DNA of 64,000 nt from Mayamaea pseudoterrestris (lineage: Eukaryota). Below, piece by piece: positions 63,133 through 64,000 of this stretch. The DNA is taken from positions 248,001-312,000 of the forward strand of contig BROI01000026.1 of assembly GCA_027923505.1 (NCBI GenBank), in the 5' to 3' direction. The stretch's first letter is position 1. Every line of letters starts with the position of its first letter. Position numbers and translations under genes: made by a program. Under the pieces are notes generated by a model. That model saw only the letters and a list, made by a program, of their open reading frames with translations, was not told the origin of the DNA and searched no databases.

Positions 63133-64000
63133 ATGAATTCGTCAAATTCAGCAAATGAAACTACAAACGATACACCCGCTAAGGAATTCGGCAGATGCCG
63201 AAGCTTCCGCGATAAACCAGTCGTTTCGGCTGGTCTCCTTCTATTGATAGTTGCTCTAGTCGCTATTGTGGTGACATTGCCGATTGTTCTTCCTCGTGAC
63301 ACATCCGGCACTTCCAAGGACTTATCATCGACGTCGTCACAATCTGAGGCAGGCTTTGATTCAACACAAGCACCTTCGCCGTTGCGAGCATCGGCTGCAC
63401 CAGTGCCACCGTCTGCTTCTATCGCCGACCTCACAGATTCTCCAACAGAATCTCCAATCGAGATAGTCTCAACTTCATCTCCCACACTCGCGGCCACCGC
63501 CGCTGCAACTTCCTCAACTTCAGTGACGTACAGACCTGGAATCATCAGTCCCTCCGCCGAGAATCAACTTTACCTCGCTGAAGGTCTCTCCTCTAAAGTT
63601 ATAGCCAATTCCGGTCAGCCAGTCCAATACCCAACAATAGGCGGCACGTCGGACGAAACTTGCCATTCAAGTTTAGACTTTGGAGCTACTTTTGCGGATC
63701 CCAACAATGACGGCGGTTGGATTTACGTGAGCAACTCGGAAGATTCGCCCGGAGGTGTTGGCGCCTTTACCTTTTCTGCAAATGGGGATGTGATTGATTA
63801 CCGCATGCTCCTTACCGAGTCAACGCAAAACTGCGGGGGTGGCAAGACACCTTGGAATGCCTGGATCACTTGCGAGGAGAAGAAGAACGGACGATGCTAC
63901 CAGGTTGATCCTACGGGACAGCGTGAGGCACAGATCATTACAGTTGGCGAAGAGACGGACGGTGGTATGTTTGAGTCCTTTGCCTATTGGATAAAGGACG
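63133..64000 (+). CDS. Partial PhoX-like (DUF839) alkaline phosphatase with N-terminal membrane anchor and Ser/Thr/Pro stalk
   Basis: Manually translated and open to the window end (absent from the track). TM GLLLLIVALVAIVVTLPIVL, then GGWIYVSNSE, GGVGA, NCGGGKTPWNAWITCEE, FESFAY. Confidence 0.85.
   Translation, partial: MNSSNSANETTNDTPAKEFGRCRSFRDKPVVSAGLLLLIVALVAIVVTLPIVLPRDTSGTSKDLSSTSSQSEAGFDSTQAPSPLRASAAPVPPSASIADLTDSPTESPIEIVSTSSPTLAATAAATSSTSVTYRPGIISPSAENQLYLAEGLSSKVIANSGQPVQYPTIGGTSDETCHSSLDFGATFADPNNDGGWIYVSNSEDSPGGVGAFTFSANGDVIDYRMLLTESTQNCGGGKTPWNAWITCEEKKNGRCYQVDPTGQREAQIITVGEETDGGMFESFAYWIKD

Noticed and set aside
37..63994. Numerous short ORFs overlapping or antisense to the called genes
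   Set aside because: Shadow frames of real CDSs in ~50% GC DNA; no motifs; many start at TTG/GTG, which is not expected in a eukaryote.

Overview
Eukaryotic, gene-dense DNA with short GT-AG introns and bipartite signal plus ASAF-type plastid presequences. Together with a CoDi-like Ty1/copia element, this points to a diatom or related stramenopile (inference). The window has two gene-rich arms and a ~24 kb repeat block between them (5.1-29.1 kb). The block contains, in order: a hairpin-rich ~400 nt boundary element; about 63 copies of a CpG-depleted 174-bp satellite; a three-LTR tandem copia retrotransposon; and about 6 copies of a different 168-bp satellite. The retrotransposon has an intact gag, a broken pol, a chromodomain-like module, no target-site duplication, and a primer-binding site complementary to the anticodon arm of tRNA-Asn(GUU), which suggests half-tRNA priming. 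The block resembles a satellite/retrotransposon centromere. Left-arm genes: a partial helical-repeat protein, Ku70 and a SAM methyltransferase. Right-arm genes: UBE2J/Ubc6-like E2, a disrupted trypsin with a TPR insert, a secreted Cys-rich repeat protein, a PP2A-B56/PDK1-like kinase fusion, DapA, SDE2 with a SPRY insert, a Sua5 pseudogene, glucosidase II alpha, a DUF938 methyltransferase, Josephin, a DUF4954-like protein, EB1, a hypothetical protein, GGT, fibrillin, a plastid-targeted acyltransferase-3, IST1 and a partial PhoX. All calls come from reading by eye; no searches were run. Some features (garbled duplicated segments) may be assembly artefacts.
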